Shown here: positions 14,196 to 25,740 of the stretch, in pieces
Numbering within the stretch: position 1 is the first letter of the stretch
How the letters are laid out: each line of letters starts with the position of its first letter
DNA from: Vermamoeba vermiformis
Taxonomy: Eukaryota
NCBI GenBank assembly: GCA_045837725.1
Contig: JBEWZL010000266.1
Span: forward strand, 186,001-250,000
Length of the DNA stretch: 64,000 nucleotides
Direction: 5' to 3'
Notes under the pieces: model-generated
Databases searched by the model: none
Seen by the model: only the letters and a program-made list of their open reading frames with translations
Told to the model about the DNA's origin: nothing
Made by a program: the position numbers and the translations under genes

Positions 14196-15273
14196 GGGTC
14201 TGTCCGGGGTCGCTGCATCTGCTGATGTTAGTAATTGACCAACTTATACCAAACTTAGCCACTAGCACCAGTGGACCCAAGAAGTGCCACTGTTGGCATC
14301 AGGAGGCTTTCAGCAAATTGCTGGAGGCTGAAAATAGCAATGTTTGGCAAAGAACTTCACCAAGCTAACATCGGCAGATACAGCACCCTGGTGGATGCAA
14401 TGTACATGGAAGGACGAAAAAAATTGGGTGGATGAGACGTCCACCCATGGAAAAAACGCAAAGACCAATTGTAGTGAATATTTAGGATGTTTCTTTGCTT
14501 CCAAGCCTGGAATTGAGTCGAAAGCTCGAGTAACAAAGATTTTGATAACTACAGCTTGGTATGACATATGAAATCAGTTTAGCAGTTATCCCACCAAAAA
14601 TTGTGTCCCATTTAAGTGTGGGTTCTGCAAAGAACAATTTCAATTGTGACTATGGGTGGGATCATACTATCTTTGCAGCAAACATGGAAAACGGGGACAT
14701 CCATCCCCAAAAATTGGATGTCCACCATGGACCACACATCCACCGACCATCATCATAAGTACGAATTTTTTAATACGATTTCTCATGTATGTGGTTCATA
14801 TTACTGATATAAAAAGGTTTGCCACCATGCTGGACAAAGTTACACCATAAAAAAGTATGAATAATGCAATTTTTTTTGGACAGTTAGGTGACAATGAATT
14901 GTAGCCAAACTTCAGGGTTGCATAAAACAAGTATAGTTGTGTTGTGCCAAACATGTGCTGATGGATGGGTTCATACTTAATGCTGAAAAATTACAATTGC
15001 TGTCACTACAAAACCTTTGACGATTACTCATATTTTCTGTTATATAGTGATAGTTCTAGGTATTTCCAAGTTAAATGAGATTGCAGCATACAGAACAAAG
15101 TTTTAGTGCTTAAGTTCTCTGCAGAACTGTGACATTTTCAGCCTCCAGCGCTTAGCCCAAAGCCTTCCGATGCCAATAGTAGTACTAATTGGATCCACTA
15201 TTGCTAATGGCAAAGTTTGGTATAAGTTGGTCAATTACTAACATCAGCAGATGCAGCGACCCCCGACAGACCC
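14196..15273. mobile_element. Non-autonomous DNA transposon (MITE-like), about 165-bp imperfect TIRs, AT target duplication; possibly ISL2EU/PIF-Harbinger type
   Basis: GGGTCTGTCCGGGGTCGCTGCATCTGCTGATGTTAGTAATTGACCAACTTATACCAAACTT at 14196 matches the reverse complement ending at 15273; similarity decays inward to about 14358/15112; AT flanks both ends; no intact internal ORF. Confidence 0.8.
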
Positions 15274-16131
15274 ATACTTACGTGAAGCACTCTCGACCCA
15301 CAAACAGAATTGAATTTTGTTAACTAACTTCAGTACTCCCCATCCTGATTCAGACCTTTACTTGCTGTTCTATGAAGAACCGATTTTAGTTGCTCTTGGA
15401 GTCTGACAACTGCTTCCTCACACTGAGACCCACACGACAAAAATTTTTCGTCTGTGGGAGGTCCTGTCCCAATTAGGGAATGTCTGTCCATAGTGTAGTA
15501 GATAGGTGTCCATCCAGGTTGTCTCGCAAACAGGACAGGGGTCCGTTTTGGCAGTGTGACCCCAATGGTGGAGCTAGCCCCATGGGCATGTGGTGGTCTA
15601 TTCAACGCCAAGATAGAGTTTACAGCGTAGGCCCTCTACCTGTTCCTAATAATATTAGAGGATCATTGTGCTAATTTGTTGTTGCAGTGCTACTACAAGA
15701 TGGTCATTCTAAGATCTACAAAACTAGGATCATAACTCGGAGCGGAAGTTGAGGGGCTAGCCCCAGGGTTTGCCAATGGTTGGATCCATCATAAATCTCA
15801 TACGTACTCTCTAATAGTCAGTCTATCAAACAATGAAACGTAACAGACAGTAAGTTGCGAATTGAGGGTGTGTCCCCCAGTGACAAGTGAACACTGTATC
15901 CGACGTTGGATGGTCAAACGTCACCAAATTGTGCGCTGCTTGCGGTTCTTACTCCCCTAATGAAATTCCATTTGAAAATTATCAGCACATTTGCGACTAG
16001 CACGCCAAATTCGCCATGCTGCCAGCCCTCCTTCCCGAAATTTCACGTCAGTAGCCGACACGTGATTTTTTATTGGCCAGTCACTCATTGCGTGCACTTA
16101 TATTATTGCAATCCAAAGACCACAAGCCACC

Positions 16132-16586
16132 ATGGATCCAACAGACGATGTTATGGACAATGAGACGAAGATCAGCGTCTCCAAAAAAAATAAGTACCAG
16201 CCCTATACTCCCTGTCAGTACTAACGCGTGTTTGTTCGTGCACTGTTCTACGGAGGATTTTTCATGCTGCCGTGGCTGTGGCTAGTCAATTATTTGCTGT
16301 TTAGAAAATACTTCACGCGCAGATCGACGCCCCCAGAAGTCAAGTGGTGTATCCGATATACAATTCATTTCATATTAATATTGCAATAATATTCTTGATT
16401 ATTTGATGGTGGTACTTTACTATTTAATTTTCTTTGACCTCCACCACAGATGCAAGGACATCACTGTTGCTATTCTTCGTAGCATTCGTCATCATATTAA
16501 TATGGGTCATTATATATCAACTGCGCTGGCGTTATTGGGGTGAATTTGGAGAGAAGATCTCGCTCGTCATTCCAATCGGCGACTGA
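16132..16586 (+). CDS. PSENEN: Gamma-secretase subunit PEN-2 (exons 16132-16189, 16244-16348, 16450-16586)
   Basis: Spliced product ..KKMFYGGFFMLPWLWLVNYLLF..IYQLRWRYWGEFGEKISLVIPIGD* matches the PEN-2 pattern; not in the ORF track. Confidence 0.9.
16190..16243 (+). other. AT-AC intron with U2-like signals (ATAAGT ... CTAAC ... CAC)
   Basis: Contains an in-frame TAA; only AT..AC excision restores KKMFYGG; no in-frame GT-AG alternative found. Confidence 0.75.
16349..16449 (+). other. Probable U12-type GT-AG intron
   Basis: Donor GTATCCGA; branch-like TTCTTTGAC about 11 nt before CAG; excision restores KWYAR frame. Confidence 0.65.
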
Positions 16587-16776
16587 GCTCCAACGCACCC
16601 ACCACGCATGTACATAGCTGCCCTATATAAATTTGTTACTACCACATCCATATTTCTCTTCAATTACGCCAATGCAAGCTTCAAGATACAATATGTTAAT
16701 GCGCGCCATTTTCCAAATCTGACATTTAAATTGCACTGCGCACCACAACAAGAGAACTCATTCAAAGTGCTATCAT

Positions 16777-17783
16777 ATGGACATTAAAATAGATGCTCGC
16801 AACAGCACATCAAAAATCAAGGTGCAACATCTGCCCTTCAATATCAAGTACGACGGACCAGCACGATTAGCGTCCTATTTTGTCGCTAAAAAAACTACAC
16901 ATCTCTATGAAGGTAAATATATAGTTAATAGGACTGGATGAATATATATAGCTCTTCAATAATAACACTACGGACTGCCAGGCAAGCACGTCCTTCAAGC
17001 CGGATTCAGAGGGCGCTTGCTGACTGGTCTGCCCGTGACTGTACCTGCTGAATACACTGGTGAGTGACTGACCGCACTATATATATATATATTCCTGTAT
17101 TATTGTGTTCTGAGTGACCTGGATCAGGCTGCATCTTCCGCGACTCGGCACAGCTGGCGTACAAAGCGAGTGCGCTGCACGGCGACGAGTGCGAGGAGCT
17201 GCCAGACCCGCACGACCACAGCGCGAGTGTGCTCGAGTGGCGCTTGTTGGGCACATTCCGAGAGCTGATCAGCTGGCAGCGCCGCACCGACAATCAGCTC
17301 GATGCAGATCAGTTCTTGGACGAGCAGACAGCGCCGAGTGCACCAGTAGTGCTCGATCCTAATGTCCCTCCTGCCCCTCCTGCACCGAATATGACCACTC
17401 TCTCGCACAAGACTGCGCTGTTCAATTGGATGCGCTGGCTGGACGTTGGTCAAACAGTAAGTACACGATTCTCATCACCAATCGCTCACTATATGCTGCA
17501 GATACACGCGCCGATCACTCAAGCACAAATTGCGCGAGTACAGGAGCAGGATCTGCTCGCCGCAACCGAAGCAGTCAAACAAGAGCAAGACCAAGGCAAA
17601 GAGGCCGCTGCAGAGCACGCAGAAGAGCCCTCGAATACTAATGCATCGAGCAGTGCAGCTCTGAACACTGCGCCCGATGCCAGCAGCCCTCCATCCAGTA
17701 CACGCAAGCGCAAACTCGATGCTGTGGAGAGTGAAGAGGACGAGACTAGCAGTCCTGCGAATAAGAAGCAGCGCAACAACTAG
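16777..17783 (+). CDS. RNASEH2C: Ribonuclease H2 subunit C
   Basis: VQHLPFNIKYDGPARLASYF, AGFRGRLLTG, VPAEYTG, GTFRELISW, WMRWL..IHAP. Confidence 0.85.
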
Positions 17784-17954
17784 CAGCACCCTCAGATAGG
17801 GACCACTACACTCTTGTACATATTAATAGCTTTGAATTCACGGCGGAAATAAACCTGTGCATAGGTCGCGATAAATTCGATCTGTCTGCTCGACAAAGCA
17901 ACAGAACTGCGCATATACTTGTAATATATATCTATCATAGAGTAGTGCGTTGCA

Positions 17955-19933
17955 ATGCAGAGGTTCGTACGGCAGTTCGTGCGTCGGATGCACAGCACAG
18001 CGGACAAAGCCAGCGCAAGTAAGCGTCAATTGTATTAATTATGATATTGGCGCGGTATATTTTCCATATTATTTATGGCCGTATTATTGATGGTGCAATG
18101 CCATTATTTAACACTGCACTTTGGATCTGACGACAACAATCAGGTCCCACACTGCCCATATTTGATCGTGCCGTGCAACACGCACGTGACAATAGAGTAG
18201 CCGTGCTGTCGCATGGTCGCGAGTTCACTTACGCAGATCTGCTCGCGCACTCGAAACAACTCGCTGCCACGCTGTCCACCAAGTAAGTGCTGCATCCGCT
18301 CGACCACCACTCACGCACTACGCTAGGGACATGCAAGAGGCACGCGTCTCTTTCCTCACACCGCGCACCTACGACTACGTGCGCACGCAGTGGGGTATCT
18401 GGCGCGCAGGAGGTGTCGCAGTGCCGCTGACCTCCGCGCACCCCGCGAGTGAGTGGGAGTACCTGATCCGCGACAGTGAGAGCGAGCTCGTGGTGGTGCA
18501 TCCGTCCTTCGAGGCTCAGATGCGACCTGTAGCGGACAAGCTCGGCGTGCGCATGCTCACCTTGCACGAGGTGCCGCAGAGTGCTGCGAGCTCATTGGTC
18601 AGCGATCACGTGCCCGTGTCTACATCGCGCGCAGCACAGATCGTGTACACGAGTGGCACTACGGGCAGACCCAAGGGCGTGGTGGCCACACACGCGAACA
18701 TGCAAGCGCAAGTGCAGGCCCTGGTGAGTGCGTGGGAGTGGCGCGCAGAGGACTGCACGGTGAATGTGCTGCCCCTGCATCACGTGCACGGCATTGTGAA
18801 TGTGTTGACGTGCTGCTTGTGGTCTGGCGCGCGCTTGGAGATGTTGGACAAGTTTGACAGTCGTCAGCTGTGGCACCTGTTCATGAATCACATGTCACGT
18901 GCGCAACAGGGACTGCCTGCCCTCACGCTGTTCATGGCCGTGCCCACTGTGTACAGTAAGTAGCTGCGCATCTACTGGTGCGAGTGCGCAGTACTGATTC
19001 AGTGAACAGCCAAGTTGATTCATGAATACGATCTCATGTCACCGGAGATGCAGCGCGAGGCCAGTGCGTCATTGAAGCGACTGCGACTGATGGTGAGTGG
19101 TTCAGCTGCCCTGCCTGGTAAGTGGCACATTGCCGCCCGTGACACGTGACTGACAGGTGACACGTGTCAGAGCCCGTGTTCAATCGCTGGGAACAGATCT
19201 CTGGACATCGGCTGTTGGAGCGCTACGGCATGACGGAGATTGGCATGGCACTCAGCAATCCACTGCACGGCCCTCGCATTCCGGTAAGTCACTGTTTGAC
19301 ACCTGTCACGCGCTCACCAGTCACGCAGGGTCGTGTGGGCTATCCGCTGCCAGGAGTGCAGGTGAAGATACAAGCCGAGGACAGCACGCGACCACACACG
19401 GGAGAGCTGTTGGTGCGGGGGCCGCAAGTGTTCCGCGAGTACTTCCGCCGTCCTGAAGCCACGCGCGAGGCCTTTGACAGCGAGGGCTGGTTCTTGACCG
19501 GTGACATTGTGGAGCAGTCCGTCAGCGAGGACCTCACCAAGGGCAGCTACAAGATTGTGGGCCGCAAGAGTGTGGACATCATCAAGTCTGGCGGCTACAA
19601 GCTCAGTGCACTCGACATTGAAGGTACGTGTGGCCCATACTACGCGCTGCAGCACTAACTGTTCCCCCCCGCGCAGATCAGTTGCTCGCACATCCAGACA
19701 TTGCCGAGTGTGCCGTGGTGGGCTTGCCAGATGCTGAGTTCGGACAGCGCGTGGCAGCACTGATAGCACTGCGCAGTGGTGCAAACATGAGTGTGGAGCA
19801 GCTGCATCAGTGGTGCAAGCAGACCATGCCGAGCTACCGCATGCCGCGCACGGTGCAGTTCGTGGATGCGATCCCGCGCAATGCCATGGGCAAGGTGAAC
19901 AAGAAGGAGCTTGTAAAGTTGTTTGTGCAATAA
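17955..19933 (+). CDS. ACSF3: Malonyl-CoA synthetase (ACSF3/MatB family), probable mitochondrial presequence
   Basis: [50 protein letters not shown]. Confidence 0.9.
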
Positions 19934-20069
19934 ACACCTCATATATCTGTAGCTCACCTCGCAGTGTGGTCTAAGGACTTACATTAAGGTGCCAAGCCCT
20001 GGTAGACAGTGACCAGTGCGGCCCTCAGAACATTCAGTGGAGAGTTCTCACGCACAGCAACACAACATC

Positions 20070-21885
20070 ATGAGTACCTCTATTCAACACTACGAGTTCG
20101 ACGAGAATGCTTTCGTGGACTTGCTCACCAAGCTGATCGGTACAACCAAGGTCTAGTTAATCCAAAAACAAGTTGATTGATTTTGCGTAAATATAGGCGA
20201 GTCTAAATACGTGCAAAACAGCCCCCCTGAACTCGTGCCCGAAGGTATGAAATTAAATCAGCCAATAATCATAATTAATGGTAATTATTAGAGGACCGAG
20301 TGGTCGCGCATGTTGAGAAAGGCGAGTAGCAGTGATCTGCATGTTTACACCAATGGCTAATCATAATGCTCGATACAGTATTGGGTCCTTATCTTGCGCC
20401 CAATGGTCCCCTTCAATACAAGCGCAAGGCCTATGTTCCGGGCAGATCTAACGTGATCATCACTTATCCTGGCACCACTCAGCGCACCGTCTCATTCGTG
20501 GGCAGGTCAGTACACACCATGCACCTGTACATTGCTGAGTATAGTCTTGCAGTCACATGGACGTCGTGCCCGCCAATCCCAAAGAGTGGACGCGCGATCC
20601 ATTCACCCTGACGCGCGAAGGAGACAAGCTGTACGGGCGAGGTAACTACACTAGTCACCCCTAGCATATACATCCCGATACTCACTCCGCGCAGGCACCA
20701 CTGACTGTCTCGGACACGTGGCACTGCTCACAGAACTGCTGCGTCAGCTGGCCCAGCACAAGCCCGTGCTGTCCGTGAGTGTGGTGGCAGTGTTCATTGC
20801 AGACGAAGAGGTCGGGGATGACCCTGATGTGGGTGTCGATCACTTGTGTCGCGACGGCGAGCTCGAGTTCATCAAGCACGGTCCGCTCTACTGGCTCGAC
20901 AGCGCGGACATTCATCCCACCGTGGGCTGTGGCTCGATGATCGCGTGGAAGTTGACTGCGCACGGCAAGCGCGGCCACAGGTAAGTGACGCGCAGTGCTG
21001 CCGCGGTGACTGACAGCTGTGCAGTGGTCTGCCGCAGAATGCCATCAATCCGCTGCTGATTGCCACGCACGCACTCGACTACTTGCTCAAACAGTTCCAC
21101 CACGACTTCCCCAAGCACGCGGTGAGTACACAGTGCGGGTGTGACTGACACGTGTCACTGACGCGCGCACAGAAAGAGGCCCAGTACGGCTACGAGTGTC
21201 CCTCCACGATGAAGCCAACCATGTGGTCCCATCCCCCTGGTTCAGTGAATCAGATTCCCTCTGAGTGCGACATCTCGGTCAGTACCGCGACAGAGAGATC
21301 TCTCGCAGCACGGATATTGACACGTGTCATTTGCAGGGTGACATTCGCTTGACACCGTTCTACAAGGTCGAAGAGGTGCAACAGCGCATGCAAGAACACG
21401 TGACGTGGATCAACGAACACATTGATGGCCTGCCCTCTGCTTCGGCCTCATTCCGCAACTCGGTGAGTAGCGCATAATAGGACACATCTGTTGCTGACAC
21501 GTGCTGGACAGTTGCCCGATGGTACACGTGGTCGCGTGGTGTTGCAGTGGGACGGCACGGCATATCGCGGCATTGCATGTGATATGACTAGCGCGGGATT
21601 CAAGGCCCTGAGCGAGGCCACGCGCGAGGTGATTGGTGAGTGCAAGCCTTACGCCGAGACTGGTGCCCTGGTAAGTGACACGTGTCACGCGCGCACTCGT
21701 ACTGACCAATCACGTGACAGCCGTTAGTAGCAGACTTGCAAGAGCGCGGCTTTGACGTGCAAATGATGGGCTTTGGCGTGGGTGCAGTGTACCACGCGAA
21801 TGACGAGTACTGTTCAGTGAATGACATGCGCAAGGGCCATCAAATCCTGTTGAAGATCATCGACAAACTCGCGCAACAGCAGTGA
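20070..21885 (+). CDS. argE: Acetylornithine deacetylase (M20 metallohydrolase); includes a GC-AG intron at 20322-20378
   Basis: [71 protein letters not shown]. Confidence 0.88.
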
Positions 21886-21994
21886 GGACAGCATTCGTAA
21901 TAAGCGAGTAATTGTTATTAAACACGCGTGCCATTTACAAGTCACATTATTGCTGCAAAGATTGATCCTTTGCCTCTCTCTCTAGACTCACGCT

Positions 21995-22786
21995 TCAGGG
22001 CTTCTTGAAGTTGTACATCATCTTGTGCATGCCCAGCACCTGCACCTCGCTGTCTTCGATCAAGTGCACCACCAGCCAGCACACCACTGCAAAGCCTAAA
22101 TTCGCGCCTGCAAACCACGTGTACGCCAGGGGTTCGCGCAGTCCTACTTGCACCAACCACGCGAGTGTGAGTGTGACACCTGCCACCAGACTGCAAATGA
22201 GCGGTGTACGCGATTTGACACGTGTCATCCAGCCTCCAATGTACACTGCTGACAGCGCGAAACCGAGCGCAGACACACCTAGCGAGCGTGTTAGTGCGAC
22301 AGTATTGATATTGCCATATTTGGTCATTACTTACCTTCCATGGACCAAATTGCCCAAAAAGGAAATTCTTCTGAGAACTGCGCGTGAGGCATCAATTCAA
22401 ATGGAAAATTGAGATGACTCATCATGTAATAGAGTTTGCCCTAAACGAATTGTCAGCAACACGCCCTATTTAAATAATAGCTACGTACAATGCCAAGTAC
22501 AATACCAGCCAAGCCGAACAGATTCTAAAAAACAAAAATTAAATTTCGAAATTAATTAATAATTGACGGAACATACGCGATAAGTCTTATTGGCCTGTGT
22601 GTTCTGATCTTGAAGTCGCTTGATCATTTCTTTTTGTTCTAAATTATTCAAATAAAAGTGTCAGATCCGCTCCGTGCCTACGTAACTACTCATCGCTGCT
22701 TATGATACAGTACCATCCTCATCCAAGTAGTCCGATATGTCGTTAGAGCGCTCTTTGCGGGCAGTGATGCGTTCTCGAGTGCTCAT
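21995..22786 (-). CDS. Conserved multi-pass membrane protein of unknown function
   Basis: Spliced: MSTRERI..DYLDEDEQKEMIKRLQDQN, several hydrophobic helices, C-terminal MYNFKKP*. Confidence 0.65.
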
Positions 22787-22885
22787 TGTCGTGGTGTTCT
22801 GTTGCTGTTATTTGTACATTGAACGGCTGTGCGTACAACAGCTGAGTGAGACAACAGAAGCATAGAATAGAACATATATACACCT

Positions 22886-23388
22886 ATGGCGAGCTTAGCA
22901 CTGCAAAAGCGATTGGCTATGTCACTACTGAACTGTGGTCAAAGAAAAGTTTGGCTCGATCCAACAAAAAAGGCAATCATCGCCAAGGCTCGAACACGTA
23001 CGCACAGTTTATTAAATAATGCCATAATCGATATTTGCACTAGAAGGATGGATAACACATAATTACGGCCAAATTAATTATCAAATTATTATTGTTGTTT
23101 ATTTTTTTAATTTAACTGGCGAATGAATTTGACTCTCGTGATTATAAAGTGCAACTATAAATCCCGTGTATCACATGCACAATATTAAATGTCAATTCTC
23201 ATGCAGGAGATGATGTACGAGATCTGATCGCCCAAGAAGTGATTCAACACAAGCCCACGCACCGCGGAGTGCGCAACAGCTTGACGAAGATGTTAGTGAA
23301 CAACAATCCGCGCATCAAATTCTTCAAGCAGAGCTATCTGGAGAAACAGGCACACGCTGCTTTCACATCGCAGCAGAACTCTGCTTAA
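22886..23388 (+). CDS. Short divergent ribosomal protein eL19-like protein (97 aa; exons 22886-22997, 23207-23388)
   Basis: [42 protein letters not shown] is the eL19 N-terminal domain; the rest is divergent. Confidence 0.8.
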
Positions 23389-23564
23389 CCCCGCGAACTA
23401 CAATAAACCCTATGTATTTAGTCACCCCTCCTGCGTGTTATTAATACCCTTCGTGTCCTACTCGTGCACTGCCACCATTGCGGTAATGGAAGTGCGTGCA
23501 GATAATTAGCAACGGCGCCATCCGCACGTTCATTCTTGTATAATACACGCGAGGGTGAGTCACA

Positions 23565-25566
23565 ATGGAGTTCTCGAACGTGCCTATGGATGGACGCAAG
23601 AAACTGACTGCAAGCACTGTGTCAATGGTGAGTACTGGTAGCACTGTCTCTTGGCCACCATCTAACGGCACGTTGTTGCAGGACGATGATTCAGATGAGT
23701 TCGAGCCGATTCAAGTGCCTGATGAAGATGACAACGCACTGCAAGGCACTCACTCTGCATTCAAACAGCCTTATCGCTCTGCTTGGCGTCCTGATGTGAG
23801 TATTTAAAATTGTTGGCCAACAGCAGTGAAATATTAGAATATTATATCAGGCTGCAACTAATTGATTGCGGACAGTTGTGTGTAATGAGAATAATATTTG
23901 TTAATTTATTGTTAATTTTAAGGAACGAGGACCTCCCGAAATTGATCCTAGCGAAATTGAATATGACGAAGAGAAAGATTTCTTGGGCGAGGGCACCTTT
24001 GGTAAAGTGTTTAGAGGTATGTACGCACAGTCTTATTTAAATCGGTCAACTCCGATAGCTTTGCGCAACGACGTTGAGATGTACTGTTGAACTGACTCAC
24101 CATCCGCAGGTCGATGTCGCGGCAAGAAAGTGGCAGTAAAAGTGCCCGTCAATCAACACCTCACCCCCGAGGAGATGAATGATTTCAGAAAAGAAGTGCA
24201 GATCATGAGCAAGATCTTCCACCCCAATGTCGTGCTGTTCATGGGTGCGTGCACTCAAGCAGGCAACATCAAGATCGTAACAGAGCTGATGGACATGGAC
24301 TTGGAGCACTTCCTCAAGACCGAAGAGGGACGCACCTTGTCGCTGTTTCAGCGCATGAAGATGGCCAAAGACGCCGCGCTGGGCATGAACTGGCTGCACG
24401 GCATCACCAAGATCATTCACCGCGACTTCAAGACCGCCAACTTGCTCGTCTCGTTCGATGAGAATCTGCGCACCAAGGTGATTGACTTTGGCTTCAGTGA
24501 AATCAAGCCCTCGATGACTGGCCAGTACCTCAAAGATCAGTTCGGACCGCGCGGCACTGCACTGTGGATGGCCCCTGAAGTGATGCAGGGCAAGGAGTTC
24601 GACGAGAGCATTGACGTGTACGCATTCGGCATTGTGTTGTGGGAGATTGTGATGTTGTTGGAGCCCTTCGCCCACCACGATGACTGGGACGTGTTCTTCG
24701 ATGCCGTGGTGCTCAAGGGCGAGCGACCGCCGCTCGATGCCGCGACCTTCAACAAGATGAACAAAGTGCCCAGCAGCACCACCACCACCACCACCAAGAA
24801 GGAGAGCAAGATTGTGCACGTCAACACCATGTCCAATCCGCTCATCACTGAACTGCCGCACAGTCTCGCGAGTCTGATCCGCGATTGTTGGAGTCACGTG
24901 CCACGTCAGCGCCCCTCGTTCAATCAGATCGTCTATCGCATCGATGAAGTGCTCGTCGACACGGCGATTGAAGACCCTCAGGGCCGTGCATTCTGGCGCG
25001 AGATGTTCTTGTTGCCGCGCAAAGAGCTGCAAGAGCGCGTCAACTGGGACGAGTTTGTGCAAGCACTGATGCGCAAGACACGACTGCAAGTCAAGCAGCG
25101 CTTCGATCACTTGTATCACTTGCTGGTGGACGCCAACAACGAGGTCACCATCCACAAGTTCAATCACATGGTCAGCTGGTTCGGTCACTTCTTCGTGGCG
25201 GAGCATGCCAATCACGTGCTCGATGAGATACGCGACATTGTAGAGCGGCCCTGGTTCCACGGCGAGATTGACATCACGCACGCCGAGAGTGTGCTGCAAG
25301 ACAAGGCTCCGGGCACCTATCTCGTGCGACTCTCCACCACCTATGCGCAGTACCCATTCACGCTCTCGCTCTCGACGAGACCGCAGCACAAGCGCATCCA
25401 GAAGGAGGTGGTGCAGGGTCAGATCGTGTTCTCGATCGTGTTGCCCGACAAGAAGACTGTGCGCCGTGCCCCCTCGCTGATTGAACTGCTCGATCTGGTG
25501 GCCAAGCCCTTCAATCTGCTCACTCCGTGTCCCAAGGACGAGATGATCACCAATCCCTACGAGTGA
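23565..25566 (+). CDS. TKL-family protein kinase with C-terminal SH2 domain (Shk-type)
   Basis: LGEGTFGKV, VAVK, HRDFKTANLL, DFG, GTALWMAPE; SH2 WFHGEI..YLVRLS..PFTLS. Confidence 0.92.
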
Positions 25567-25740
25567 GCGCCCTCTGATCACGTGGCACTGTTGTTGTTTC
25601 GAAATTTCTTGTAAAATAAATTGGATAAATCTGCATTGACTAGTACTAGTACGCAGCACCTGGCACACACTAGTTAGCACACTAGTCTACATACACAAGT
25701 AAGTGAGCAGCGAACACCACCGCACCGCCGCTGCTCTAGC

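Noticed and set aside
14310-14850. Short ORFs inside the TIR element as a transposase
   Set aside because: All are under 90 aa, interrupted, and lack a recognisable DDE motif.
24097-25680. 527-aa minus-strand ORF, and similar antisense or alternate-frame ORFs such as 5749-6453, 11674-12243, 35321-35926
   Set aside because: Shadow ORFs of GC-rich coding genes on the other strand; no recognisable protein features.
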